From Longimicrobiales bacterium (lineage in GTDB: Bacteria > Gemmatimonadota > Gemmatimonadetes > Longimicrobiales > Gaopeijiaceae), in contig CBDCKN010000010.1 in assembly GCA_965218295.1 (NCBI GenBank), positions 18,304 to 82,303 on the forward strand: a stretch of 64,000 bases of DNA, read 5' to 3'. Position 1 is the first letter of the stretch; every line of letters begins with the position of its first letter. This document shows positions 42,984-54,581 of the stretch, in pieces. The notes beneath the pieces are model-generated. The model searched no databases and had not been told where the DNA came from. It saw only the letters and a list, made by a program, of their open reading frames with translations. Made by a program: the position numbers and the translations under genes.

Positions 42984-45900
42984 ATGAGGGACACTTCCGA
43001 AGCAACTGTCCGCCGACTCCGGCAGGACTCCCGACCATCGATGCCGTCTGCCGGCAGCTCGAGCAACAGATCTCCCCGGACGAGGCAGATCTCGCCATCT
43101 CGTTCGCCGAGATCTTCCTCTCCAAGGCGACCGAGGAGTTTCTGCAGGAGCGCAGCTCCGACGCGCTGGCTCGCATAGCCCTTGGCGCCTGGCGCTTTCT
43201 CCAGCGTGCCCGTCCGGACCGGGTCGACGTGGAGGTGTTCAATCCGGACGTCGACAACGAGGGGTGGTACGCACCCATAACGGTTCTACGGACGAACATC
43301 TCGGAGCGTCCGTTCATCGTGGACTCCCTGCGGGAGTTCCTGCACACGCAGGATCTCTCCATCGAGCATCTTATCTATCCGGTGATCTACGTGGAGCGGA
43401 GGGAAGACGGCGAGATCACCGCGGTGCGTCCCTCCCGGGAGGGGGAGACCAAGGAGTCCCTGGTGCACTGCGAGGTGGCCCGGGTGACGGACCCGGAGCT
43501 CCAGGACTACCTCCGCAACGAGGCCAGCCGGCGCCTTCAGGACGTGGTGCGGGCCACGGACGACTTTCATCCCATGATCGACGCGGTGAACGCAACGGTG
43601 GCCGAGCTCGCGGAGAGTATGCGAGAGCGCGACGACATCAGCGAGGAGCTCGGGGAGATCCAGTCGTTTCTCCGTTGGGTTCGGGACGCGGGATTCGTTT
43701 TCCTCGGATACCGGGGCTACCAACTGGTCGACATTGAGGGCGGCAAGGCCATCGTCGTCGAGCCGGGCTCGGGGCTGGGCGTGATGCGGAACGAGGCCGA
43801 GTCGTCCTATGCAGAGCCGGTTCTCCTGAGCGACCTCGACCCCGGGCTCAGGGACCTGGTGGGGGGCGGGCCACACCTGATCATCAGCAAGACCAACGCT
43901 CTTTCAACCGTACACCGCCTCGCCCGGATGGACTATATCGGGGTCAAGAAGCTCTCGCGGGATGGGGAGGTCGTGGGCGAGCACCGCTTCATCGGCCTCT
44001 TCACCTCGAAGGCCTACGCGGAGGAGGCGGAGAAGATCCCCATCCTACGCCGCAAACTTCAGGTGATCCTCGAGAACGCCGGCGCCGCCGAAGGAGAGCA
44101 CGACTACAAGGAGATCAAGACGATCTTCAGCTCCATGCCAAAAGAGGAGCTGTTCGTCTCTTCGGTGGAGCAGATCGGCGCCGACGTCCAAATCGTCCTG
44201 ACGTCGTACCACGTCGCCGACGTCCGCGTCACGCTGCGGAAAGACCCCCTGCGCCGGGGGGTTCTCGGTCATGGTGATCATCCCGAAGGAGAGGTTCTCG
44301 GGGGAGGTCCGGCGTGCCATCGAGGAAGCTCTGGTCCGGCGCTTCCAGGCCGAGGTCCTGAACTACCATCTGGCGCTGGGGGAGGGGGACCAGGCCCGGC
44401 TGCACTTCTACATGGCGGCTCCCGGTGACAAGATCCTGGGAGTCGAGGGCCGCGACCTCGAGAACCTGGTCCGGGAGCTCATCCGGTCTTGGTCGGATCG
44501 GGTCCGAGGAGGCCTCGACAAGGTGCGTCCTCCCGACGAGGCTCGGCGCCTGGCGCGCCGGTACGGCCAGGGATTCAGTCCCGAATACCAGGCGGCCACA
44601 GAGCCGGCGGTGGCGGTGCAGGACATCCTCGAGCTGGAAGCCATGCTGGCGGACGATCGCATGGTGTCGATCTCGCTGGCCACGGGCGGCCCCGAAGACG
44701 AGGAGGGGGCCACGACCGAGCTGAAGCTCTACCTCTTAGGGGAGAGGCTGATCCTCTCGGACTTCATGCCCATCCTGGAGAATTCGGGTCTTCGGGTCAT
44801 CGCGGTGGTGCCCTACGAGATCAAGGGGCAGGGCGTGCCCGACGCCATCATCTACTCGTTCTCGGTTCAGGACTCCGTGGGACGGCCGCTGCAGGCCGAC
44901 GATCAGGGGACGCTCCTCGCCGAGACCATTTTGGCCGTCCGCTTCGGCGACGCGACCAACGACTCCCTGAACGCCCTCGTCCTGCTGGCCGGCCTCTCCT
45001 GGAGAGAGGCCGACGTCTTGAGGTCGTACGCGGCGTACGCATTCCAGCTGGGAGCGGTTCCCAGCAGGCAGTCGCTGCCCTCGGCTCTCGTGAGCTACCC
45101 CAACATCGCCCAGGTCCTTTTCGACATCTTCGAGGCCAAGTTCGATCCCGAGGGCCCGGCGACCCTCAAGGACCGCGAGGCCCTCGTGGGGGATCTCCGG
45201 AGCCCTACTCACTCACCTCATGACTTCGGTGACGCTTCTGGCCGACGACCGCGTGCTACGCAGGATGGTGGCGCTCCTCGACGCGACGGTGCGCACCAAC
45301 TACTTCCGGAACGGGGGCAGATCGCCCACCCGGCGCTCCGGGGGCGTGCCCTACATCTCCTTCAAGATGTCCGCCAGGGCCCTACGTGACGTGGCCCGTA
45401 GCCGGCTCCTCTACGGGGTGTGGGTGCGGTCCTCCCGGATGGAGGGTGTCCACCTTCGCGGGGCGAGGGTCGCCCGTGGCGGGATCCGCTACAGCGACCG
45501 ACCCGACGATTTCCGCACCGAGATCCTCGGGCTCGTGAACACCCAGATGGTCAAGAATGCGGTCATCGTACCGGCTGGCTCGAAGGGCGGGTACATCACT
45601 CTTCGGAACATCGCCGACCGCGACGAGATGGCCGAGGAGGAACGGGAGCAGTACAAGACACTCATGCGGGGCCTCCTGGACCTTACGGACGATCTGGACC
45701 ACGAGGGTGCCATCGTTCCGCCAGAGCACGTGGTGTGCTGGGACAAGGCCGACCCCTATCTGGTCGTCGCTGCCGACAAGGGGACGGCCAAGTACTCGGA
45801 CGTGGCCAACGGTGTCGCCGCCGAGTACGACTTCTGGCTGGGCGACGCCTTCGCCTCCGGAGGATCGCAGGGCTACGACCACAAGGTGGTGGGCATCACG

Positions 45901-47875
45901 GCCGGGGGTGCATGGGAGTGCGTTAAGCGGCACTTCCGGGAGGAGGGGAAGGACATCCAGTCCGAGCCGTTCACCGTGGTGGGGATCGGGGACATGAGCG
46001 GCGACGTCTTCGGCAACGGCATGCTCCTCTCCACCCAGATCAAGCTCATCGCGGCCTTCGACCACCGCCATGTCTTCATCGATCCCGATCCGGATCCGGC
46101 GACCTCGTTCAAGGAGCGCCAGCGCCTCTTCGGGCTAGGGCCCTCGAGCTGGGACGATTACGATCGGGACTGCCTGAGCGCGGGCGCCATGATCGTCCCC
46201 CGGGGTGCGAAAGAGGTCGATCTCACGTCCGAGGCCCGTAAGGCCCTGGGAGTGCCGGATGAAGTGGAGACCCTCGACGGTGAGTCGCTGATCCGCGTGG
46301 TGCTCCAGGCTCCTGTGGAGCTGCTCTGGAATGCCGGGATCGGCACGTATGTGAAGGCTCCCTACGAGTCCCACGCCGACGCCGGTGATCCCTCCAACGA
46401 AGCGGTCCGCGTCAGCTCCGACGAGCTCCGCTGCCGGGTCGTGGGCGAAGGCGGAAACCTGGGCTTCACACAGCGCGCCCGGATCGACTTCGCCCTCCGG
46501 GGTGGGCGGCTCAATACCGACGCGCTCGACAACTCGGGCGGCGTGGACCTCTCCGACCGGGAGGTGAACCTGAAGATCCTGCTCCGGCCCATGGTCCGCT
46601 CCGGTGCCATGAGTGAGGACGAGCGCAACCAGCTCCTCGAGGATGTCACCGACTCCGTGGCCCAGTTGGTTCTCGCCGACAACGAGGGCCAGAGTCTCGC
46701 CATCTCCCTCGACGAGCTTCGGGCCAAGGACGGCCTGGACGACTTCAGGAACCTCATGTCCGCTCTGGAGAAGACCGGTGGGCTGGAGCGGGCCGCGGAG
46801 CATCTGCCCACGTGGGAGGTCTTGTTCGATCGGCTCGAAGAGCTGGGGCGCTCGTTGACCCGCCCGGAGCTGAGCGTGTTGCTCGCGTATGCCAAGATGG
46901 AGCTCATGGGGCGCCTGCTGAAGAGCAAGCTCCCGGACGATGCGGCTACGGAGGACTACTTGCTGCACTACTTCCCCGAGGCCGCACTTGAGGCCGCCGG
47001 CAGGGACAGCCTCGGGCTCCACCGGCTCCGCCGTGAGATCGTCGCCTGCCAGCTGACCAACGATCTGGTGGGCCTCATGGGGGCGACATTCGTGAACCGG
47101 GTGGCACGGGACACGGGCCGGGAAGCCGCCGACGTCGCCCGGGCCTGGCTCGTGGCAGCGCGCCTGGCCGGGCACAACCAACTGGTTCGGCGGGTGAGCG
47201 GCACCGAGGCGGGGCTCTCGTCACGGGTGGCGTACCGCTGGCTGCTGGGGCTGTCGCGAGTCCTGGAGAGGACGACCCGTTGGCTTTTGGCCAACGTTGA
47301 CAGCGAGAGCCAGACGGCCACCCTCATCAACGAGGATCGAACCGAAGCTCGAGAAGTTGCGTGAGGACTTCGGGGACTTCGTGGCGGGAGAGGATCGCGT
47401 CGTGTTCGAGCGTCGCGTCGCCGAGATCGAGCGGCACGGCGCCGAGCCCGCCTTCGCCCGGAGCCTGATCACCCTCCGCTTCCTCGACCAGCTCTTGGAG
47501 ATCCTGCGAGTGGCCCGGGAGACAGGCGCCGAGCCGCTGGTGGCTGCCCGGGCGTACTACAAGGTGTCCGAGCTGTTCCACATTCCATGGCTCAGGCAGG
47601 CGATCTTCGGATCGGCGTCCGAGGACCGGTGGGAGCAGCGGGCCGCACAGGCACTGGCGGCCGACTTGAGCCGGGCGCACTACTCCCTCGCGACAGTGGT
47701 GATGGGGTCTGGGGATGGGAGTGGCGCTCTCAGCACCGGCGCGGGTGAGTACGGACACTTTCAGGAGCTCATGGAAGAGATCCGCGCTGAAGAGTCCATG
47801 TCCGTGTCAGGGCTCTCGGTGGCCGTGCGGGAGATCGCCCTCATGGCCGAGCGCGCCAACGGATCCACCGAGTAG
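42984..47875 (+). CDS. gdhB: Large NAD-specific glutamate dehydrogenase, split by about four frameshifts
   Basis: GVHLRGARVARGGIRYSDR, KNAVIVPAGSKGG, YLVVAADKGTA, GDAFASGGS, GIGDMSGDVFGNG; breaks near 43010, 44260, 45210 and 47340. Confidence 0.9.
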
Positions 47876-47921
47876 GGGCCCGCGCTTCAGGTGGTGTTCG
47901 TAGAACCGCATCTGAGGCCCG

Positions 47922-48530
47922 CTACGAAATCAGCAGGGTGATCGTCAGGCTGGCCCCCTCGAGATCGTCTGCGACCACCGTGGGCAGATCCTGGACTCCG
48001 AGAACCAGTCGATACCCGGCCGCGAATCCGAGGTAAAGTCGCCCCACGGTGTGAACGCGCAGGTGGACCTCGGGCTCCAGGACCAGGAAGTTGTCCGCTC
48101 CGAGCTCGTTGCCCACGGGCACCGCCCGCACCTCCGCATTTCCGGCGCCGAGAAGGAAGCGTCCGGCCAGCGAGACGGTGTGGTCGGTCCGAGACTCGTA
48201 TCCGAATAACAGGCCTCCGTACCCCATGCGCAGGTCGGTACCCAGGTCGGAGCTGGACTCAACTGCGGGCACGGCCTTCAGCAAGCCTCCTCCGGCCGCC
48301 CCGATGGAAAAGTGTTGGGAGAAGTGGAGAGAGGCCTCGCCCCCCAGCATCGCCTCCGTTCCCCCTCTGATTCTCGCGCCGCGAAAGAAAGCGCCGATGG
48401 AGGCCCTGACGGCGTCCGTGGACGCACCTTCGTCAGGGCCCTGAGCGTGAAGGCGGCCGGGTAGAGGTGACACCAGCGCAAGAAGAAGCCCCCCCGCGAC
48501 CAGAGGGTGTTCCAGACGGAATGCCTTGCG
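47922..48530 (-). CDS. Hypothetical exported protein, possible small beta-barrel; start uncertain
   Basis: Signal-like segment ending LHAQ, amphipathic strands (MGYGGL, FLVLEPE, GYRLV). Confidence 0.55.
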   Translation of the reverse strand, partial: RKAFRLEHPLVAGGLLLALVSPLPGRLHAQGPDEGASTDAVRASIGAFFRGARIRGGTEAMLGGEASLHFSQHFSIGAAGGGLLKAVPAVESSSDLGTDLRMGYGGLLFGYESRTDHTVSLAGRFLLGAGNAEVRAVPVGNELGADNFLVLEPEVHLRVHTVGRLYLGFAAGYRLVLGVQDLPTVVADDLEGASLTITLLIS

Positions 48531-48710
48531 GGGTATGGGGATCTCCTCGTTCCGCCCTGGGATCGAACGGTACTTGAATCGGTCGAAACAAGGTATACTT
48601 CCCGTCCTCCCACGGAACAGGGCACACCCGTCCGCCTCGTATCGCAGAAAATGGTTGAGAAGTGGGCCACACCGTGGCAATGTTTAAGTAACGCATTGGA
48701 AGACAGATAC

Positions 48711-49217
48711 TTGGGGTCTACGAGAGACAATGGCCTGTGGAGGAGGGGTGACCACGAGGCGAGCCTAGGCTTCACGTTGCTCGAGCTGGTGGTCGTCATG
48801 CTTCTCCTATCACTCTCGCTCGCGGCGGCGGCGGGGGTGTTTTCGGCTTATCAGGCTCGTACGGCCGCTCAGCGAGCGGCCCAGGTCTTTGCACTGGACA
48901 TCGGGCTCGCGAGGACGATGGCAGTGAGAAGTCGAGAGACCGTGGTCATCGACTTCGACGAGTCGCAGGTGACTTACCTGGTCCGGTCCGAGTCCGGCGA
49001 TACGATAGTGAAGCGGGAGTTCAGCCAGACGGACGAAATCTGGCTCGACTCCATCGACCTTCAGCTGACTGGAGACAGCTTGGTCTTCAATTCGCGTGGC
49101 GTGGGTGACTTGACCGGTGTCGGCTCGTCTTTGGGCGTGGCCCGGTTCTTCGCCGGCGACACGGGATACGATGTGTCCTTCAACGGCATGGGGGCCTCAA
49201 AGGTCGACAAACGTTGA
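48711..49217 (+). CDS. Prepilin-like protein (FimT/GspH-like); start uncertain
   Basis: G|FTLLELVVV, ARTMAV, FNSRG. Confidence 0.8.
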   Translation: MGSTRDNGLWRRGDHEASLGFTLLELVVVMLLLSLSLAAAAGVFSAYQARTAAQRAAQVFALDIGLARTMAVRSRETVVIDFDESQVTYLVRSESGDTIVKREFSQTDEIWLDSIDLQLTGDSLVFNSRGVGDLTGVGSSLGVARFFAGDTGYDVSFNGMGASKVDKR

Positions 49218-49606
49218 CTACACGGCGTCGCAGGTGCCTGCGCGCCCCCGCAGGCGGCTTCACCCTGATCGAGGTCATCGGAGCACTGGTGATCTTCTCG
49301 GTCGGAGTGCTCATGGTCATGAACCTGACGGGAACGCTGTCCCTTCGGATGGAGGCGGCGGCGATCCGGTCGGAGCTTGCCGTTCGGGGGCAGGAGCGGC
49401 TGGACAGTCTGGAGATTCTGGACTACGACACGCTGACTGTTGGGACGACTTTCACTACCACCGAGGTTCGGGGATCGAGTTTCTATTGGCTGGTAACGGT
49501 AACGGATTCGACGGCGTTGGCCCGGCACCTCAAGGTGTGGCTGCTCCCTTCCAGCGGATCGGGCCCGTCCTTCACGGGGTCGACCTTCGTCATCCGATCC
49601 TGGTAG
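49214..49606 (+). CDS. Prepilin-like protein (PilV-like)
   Basis: G|FTLIEVIGALVIFSVG. Confidence 0.85.
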   Translation: MTTRRRRCLRAPAGGFTLIEVIGALVIFSVGVLMVMNLTGTLSLRMEAAAIRSELAVRGQERLDSLEILDYDTLTVGTTFTTTEVRGSSFYWLVTVTDSTALARHLKVWLLPSSGSGPSFTGSTFVIRSW

Positions 49607-49866
49607 GCTCACGGAACACTCGCGGCTTCACCTTCCTCGAAGCGATTCTGGCCCTCACGCTGTCCTCCCTCATCGTGGCCCTCGTGGCATCGGTGTTCTG
49701 GGCCCAGAACGACTTCTACGCCCTGGTGGTGGAGCGGGCGAAGGTGCACGACAACCTCCGGGTCGTGTCGGACCTCATCGCTTCGGAGATTCGGGGTGTC
49801 TCGGGTGGGGGGGTTACGACCGCCCAATCCCGCCAGTTCGTCGTCCGCCTGCCGTTGGCCATGTGA
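49600..49866 (+). pseudogene. Prepilin-like protein (PilW-like) truncated by IS481
   Basis: G|FTFLEAILAL; the frame ends at the IS terminus. Confidence 0.75.
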
Positions 49867-51165
49867 ACAGCGCACCTGATGGTTGACACAATGGTGCCAG
49901 CTGATGGTTAACAGATTGGGTTACGTCCTGTGTTGCCGTGGGTGTCGAAAATGACGAAGAGTTCTTCGTCAAACCACCCGAGGGTAATGGGTCCGAAGTA
50001 GATTTGCCACAGAGCGGGACCGATGGGTTCGAGCCCGATGAACTCGTTGCCGAGCGCCGAGCTGATGTTGATCCAACGCGAGTGCCAGCGGATGCCTCCG
50101 TTCGTAGAGACCTTACGGACCTCGAAGTGCTCGGGGTATTCGATAGGCGGAAGGACATCGGGGTAGGCTCTAAGAGCCGATCGGTAGACTGAATCGGGCG
50201 TCGCATCGTCGAGCGCCTCATGCGGCCGGATGGAATTGAAGGTGCGGCGGAAGTGGTTGAAGTGACGCTGCTGGGCACGGAGGTTGGCCTTCGGCGGCCG
50301 AGTGGCTTCGCGCTTGAGGGTTCGGTGCATGCGTTCGTGACGGCCATTCTGCTGCGGCTTACCAGGCTCGATGGTCTCAGGACGGATGCCGAGCCGGATC
50401 CACCAAGCGCTGAGGCGTGTGAGCCGAGCGAGGCCGATGGAAGCGAAGGGCGTGCCGTTGTCGGAGCGGATGACGGCGGGAACGCCGAACTCACGGAAGA
50501 CCTTGATGAATACGGGCTTGGCGAGCTCGATCGACGTGGAGTACAGCCCTCTGCACTCGAGCAGGAATCGGCTGAAACCGTCCTGGATGGTAAGGGGATA
50601 GCAGTAGCGGCCGTTGAGCATCTTGAACTGGCCTTTGAAGTCGACCGTCCAGACCGCATTGGGCTCGTCCATGGGGGTGAGTGGCTTACCGGGATGGCCC
50701 GGCTTACCGGAGCGTCGGCGCTTCTTCGTGATCAGGTCGTGACGCTCGAAGATACGGTCGATCGTCCTGCGAGCTGGTGCCTCGCCGAACTTCTCAGCTG
50801 TGAGTTTACGGATCTTGCGTGATCCCCACCCGTAGCGCTGACGCAGATCCACGACGTGTTCCACGACACCTTCCGCTACGGCATGCGGGCAGTGGTGGGG
50901 CCGGTGAGAGCGGTCGTGGAGTCCCTCGAATCCCTCCGCGAGGAACCGTGTCCACCACTTGTATCCGGCGGCCTTGCTGATGCTGTAGCGCCTACAGGAC
51001 TCGGCGAAACTGAAGGTGCGTTGCTGAACTTCGAGGATGAAACGTACTCTTTGCTCGTACATGGTCGACTGGTTCCAGTCCATCGGGCTCTCCTTGTTGC
51101 AGAACCCTGGTTGATAGGAACCTGTCAACCATCAGTGTAGGCCATTGTGTAAACCATCAGCTGCC
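49862..51165 (-). mobile_element. IS481-family element; one terminus apparently incomplete
   Basis: TGT end at 49862; paired TGTNAACCATCAG boxes at both ends (49876-49913 inverted; 51123-51160). Confidence 0.85.
49908..51083 (-). CDS. IS481 transposase (HTH plus rve)
   Basis: WTVDFKG, IRSDNG, PQQNGRHERMHRTLK, RPHEAL. Confidence 0.93.
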   Translation of the reverse strand: MDWNQSTMYEQRVRFILEVQQRTFSFAESCRRYSISKAAGYKWWTRFLAEGFEGLHDRSHRPHHCPHAVAEGVVEHVVDLRQRYGWGSRKIRKLTAEKFGEAPARRTIDRIFERHDLITKKRRRSGKPGHPGKPLTPMDEPNAVWTVDFKGQFKMLNGRYCYPLTIQDGFSRFLLECRGLYSTSIELAKPVFIKVFREFGVPAVIRSDNGTPFASIGLARLTRLSAWWIRLGIRPETIEPGKPQQNGRHERMHRTLKREATRPPKANLRAQQRHFNHFRRTFNSIRPHEALDDATPDSVYRSALRAYPDVLPPIEYPEHFEVRKVSTNGGIRWHSRWINISSALGNEFIGLEPIGPALWQIYFGPITLGWFDEELFVIFDTHGNTGRNPIC

Positions 51166-52133
51166 GCTCAGGAGCTGGCTTCTCCGCCCCCTCTTTTCAC
51201 GTCCAACGAGCTCCTGGAGCTCACCCTGGCTGCCGACTTCGACAAGCTCAAGGGAGATCGCAAGGAGGACAGCGAGTATCGCCCCGGCGTCCTGACCGTG
51301 ACGGCGGACGACGGCTCCATGCGGGAGATCGAGCTCAAGGTGCGAACGCGCGGCAAATTCAGGCTAAAGAGATGCCGCTTCCCTCCGCTACGCGTCAACC
51401 TGCCGAAGAATTCCCTGGGGGGGACCGTGTTCGACGGGCAGAACAAGATCAAGCTCGTGACCCACTGCCGGGACCGGGACGGCGACGAGCAGAACGTGCT
51501 CGAGGAGTACCTGGTCTATCGGACCTACAATGTCATCACCGACCAGAGCTTCCGGGTGCGCCTGGCGCGAATCACCTACGTGGACACCAGCGGTGATGAC
51601 GATCCCGTGACGCGCTACGCGTTCTTCCTCGAGGAGGAGGACGCCATCGCCGAGCGCCTGGGGGGAATAATCCTCCAGGTGAAACAGGTCCACCCCCGCC
51701 ACCTGAGTGCCCGCGAATCGGCTCGCATGGCAGTGTTCCAGTACATGGTGGGGAATACCGACTGGTCCATGATCTACTTCCACACGTGGAGCTGTTGAGG
51801 ACTGCCGAGAACGTCCACATTCCGGTGCCGTACGACTTCGACTGGGCGGGGTTCGTCTCACCGTCGTATGCCAAGCCCGACGCCAGCCTCGACATCCGGA
51901 CGGTCCGGCAGAGGCTCTACCGAGGTTTCTGCCGACCGGACGTGGATTTTCCGGACGTCTACTCGGAGTTCGAAGAACTCCGGCCCGAGTTCGAAGCGCT
52001 CTACACGGAGATGGAGGGGCTCGAGGAGGACAAGATCGAGGATGCCTTGGAGTACACCGAGGAATTCTACGAGGTCATCTCCTCCGAGAGCCGCGCACGG
52101 CGTCGCATCGAAGAGGCCTGTCGCCGGACTTAG
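51161..52133 (+). pseudogene. Conserved hypothetical with CotH/kinase-like motifs; N-terminus lost at the IS, frameshift near 51785
   Basis: RTRGKFR..C.FPPL, KLVTHC, EYLVYR, YMVGNTDWS…H(N)V…PYDFD. Confidence 0.65.
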
Positions 52134-52546
52134 TTCTTCTTCCGTCCGGCGTTCGGGTGCTTGAGGTGCTTCCACGTATCGCCGCGGCGGACAGCCAGGA
52201 TCGTGCTGGGGGAGACGTCTAGGAGCTGAGCCCAGTGGCCAGCTGCGTGTCCCCAGTATCCCTTCTTCTCGTCCCAGTCTTCCAGCACGCTCTTCACGTC
52301 TTCCTCCTTGAGAAGGGCATGAGGAGATTTCTCACCTTGCAGCCACGGGTTGTCGGGCCAGCGACGGCGACGCTGAAGCGGTCCAGGAGCCTTCGCGCCG
52401 GAGTGCCCGAGGCAATAGTGCCGGATCTGACTGGCGGTATACTCGGGGTGAGCTTTGGCGATGTCTGTGTAGAAGTAGCCTTCTTCGGCCAGGTCTCTCC
52501 ACTTGACGATCAAAGGTAGAGCGGGCTTAGCCATAGTCGGGTCCAT
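52130..52546 (-). CDS. Small protein with tandem HTH-like modules
   Basis: YTDIAK…ASQIRHYCLG and GEKSPHALLKEEDV…VSPSTILAVRRGDTWKH. Confidence 0.65.
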   Translation of the reverse strand: MDPTMAKPALPLIVKWRDLAEEGYFYTDIAKAHPEYTASQIRHYCLGHSGAKAPGPLQRRRRWPDNPWLQGEKSPHALLKEEDVKSVLEDWDEKKGYWGHAAGHWAQLLDVSPSTILAVRRGDTWKHLKHPNAGRKKN

Positions 52547-52949
52547 CCGAGATTAAACGTCTATGAAATTGAGGCCCCCGCAAAAAAAGCCCGCGGGCCA
52601 TCCCTAAACCCCATGAGTGTCGGCACGTGCAGCCTAGACCTTTGCACCGACGCTCGGTTGATCGACGGGATTGTGAATGCATCGCTACGAGGCGGAAACA
52701 ATTTGCATGCCGCACGGGCGAGGCCGAAAAGCACTGGCTTGGCGCCTCAGCGAAGCCTTCCGGTGTGTATTATTCCTGGATCCACTTCCCACTTTGGCAC
52801 GAACGTGTGGTGGGGATTATGAATGCACTATAACATAAAATCTACCAGCTTTCAGGTACACCCGCCCTCGTGGCCGTGTTCGGGGGTGGAAGAAGGCGTC
52901 TTGGCGGGTCGTGTGGGTCCCAGTCCACCCTGCACGGGGAGCTATCGGA

Positions 52950-54437
52950 GTGTCACGATTTCCGTTCGTGAGGGCCACGATGCTCGGTTTGACTGCCTCG
53001 GCTCCGTTGGTGCTGGCGTGCTCGAGCTCCGACGACGGAATCGGTCCCGGCACCCCCCTCCAGATTCGGTCTGTCACTCCGACGCCCAACACTATCTCCG
53101 TAGGCGCTTCCGATGGCTTGGTCGTGGAGTTCGACCGACCACTCGATGCGGCCACCGTGTCGCCTGACGACGTCCGGGTGTTCGGTCGGTGGTCCGGCGT
53201 ATTGGCGGGCTCTGTGACCCTGGCGGACGGGGATCGCGCGCTTCGGTTCTCCCCCTCGAGGTCCCTCTCGGCAGGGGAGTGGGTGACGGCGACCATTCCG
53301 ACGGGGTCCGTGCGCGCCTTGGACGGTGCCGAGCTGGAACGGGGGCACACCTGGACGTTCTGGGTATCGGTCACACCCACCTCGATGACCCTCGATCACG
53401 TGAGCACGCTCGACGTGCGACGCCCCGGTGAACAGCGCATCCAGACCTATGGCGCCTACGCGGGGGATCTGGACGGCGACGGCTGGTCCGACCTGATCCT
53501 GCCCAACGAGGAGTCCGACGACCTACGGGTCTTTATGAACGACGGGACCGGGGGGTATGGCCCCTTCACCGTAGTGCCGATCCCCGAGGCCAACCAGCCG
53601 AGCACGAACGAAGGGGCCGACTTCGACGGGGACGGTGACATCGACTTTGCCGTGGGGAGCGCCCAGGGTAGCTATGTGGCCATCTTCCACGGCGATGGGG
53701 CCGGCGGCCTCGTGCACCGGCAGAATCTGGAGGCTGGAGCCGAGGTTCGTGGAGTCTGCCTTCTCGACTTCGAGAACGACGGAGACCCGGACATCGCGGC
53801 CGCGACGCGCGATGGGAACCACGTAGCTCTGTTCGAGAACGACGGATCCGGGATCTTCAGCTCGCGGGGCACCTTCGAGGCAGGGGACGGGGAGTGGTCC
53901 TGCGCCACGGGAGACCTCAATGAGGACGGTCTAATGGACCTCGTGATCGGGTCACGGTTGAGCCTCGACATTGCGGCCTTCGTGTCCAACGGGGACGGGA
54001 CCTTCACCGAAGGGGACCGGATACCGACCGGTGGAGACCCCTGGATGCTGGCGGGCGGCGACCTCAATGGGGACGGGCACGTGGACTTCGCCGCCGTGAA
54101 GGCATCCGAGGGGACCCTGGCGGTATACGTCGGAGATGGAGAGGGCGGCTTGACGCTGGACCAGAACTATTTCCTGGGCGTGTTTCCCCTCGCAATAGAC
54201 CTGGGTGACCTGGACGGAGACGGCGACCTGGACGCCGTCTCGTCCCACCTCGGGTCGGGACGCTTCGAGGTCCACGAAAACCTGGGGGATGGCTTCTTGT
54301 CCCGCCTTCCGATCTCGCTTACGGCTCCGACCGCGGCCTCATGCGCGATCCTCCACGACCGTGACAACGACGGAGATCTGGACGTCAGCGGGATCGACGA
54401 GGTGGACGATCTCCTGATCCTCTTCGAGAATCGATGA
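52950..54437 (+). CDS. Lipoprotein with Ig-like domain and FG-GAP/VCBS repeats
   Basis: Lipobox LVLA|C; repeated GDLDGDG/DFDGDGD motifs. Confidence 0.88.
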   Translation: MSRFPFVRATMLGLTASAPLVLACSSSDDGIGPGTPLQIRSVTPTPNTISVGASDGLVVEFDRPLDAATVSPDDVRVFGRWSGVLAGSVTLADGDRALRFSPSRSLSAGEWVTATIPTGSVRALDGAELERGHTWTFWVSVTPTSMTLDHVSTLDVRRPGEQRIQTYGAYAGDLDGDGWSDLILPNEESDDLRVFMNDGTGGYGPFTVVPIPEANQPSTNEGADFDGDGDIDFAVGSAQGSYVAIFHGDGAGGLVHRQNLEAGAEVRGVCLLDFENDGDPDIAAATRDGNHVALFENDGSGIFSSRGTFEAGDGEWSCATGDLNEDGLMDLVIGSRLSLDIAAFVSNGDGTFTEGDRIPTGGDPWMLAGGDLNGDGHVDFAAVKASEGTLAVYVGDGEGGLTLDQNYFLGVFPLAIDLGDLDGDGDLDAVSSHLGSGRFEVHENLGDGFLSRLPISLTAPTAASCAILHDRDNDGDLDVSGIDEVDDLLILFENR

Positions 54438-54581
54438 CCAGGAGGCGCCTATACTTGGACTCCTCCGGCATGGGCTTCAACGGCCGGTACCTGTACACGC
54501 GGATATCATACCGCCCGTAAGCGCGTGAAAGCAGGCTCGGCCGTTACCGGCTGAGGCGAGGGGGCGTCCCGAGAGGGGCCC

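Noticed and set aside
42984..47875. Multiple frameshifts in gdhB, and single ones in the dipeptidase, YhaO, MFS, transposases and the 51.8-kb gene, as programmed frameshifting or mass pseudogenisation
   Set aside because: They are scattered single-base indels, several in short homopolymers, with no accumulation of in-frame stops. Sequencing or polishing error is the simplest explanation; reads are needed to decide.
52700..52770. c-di-GMP-I riboswitch-like words (gcgaagccttccgg)
   Set aside because: The P1 stem, GNRA loop and receptor cannot be built.
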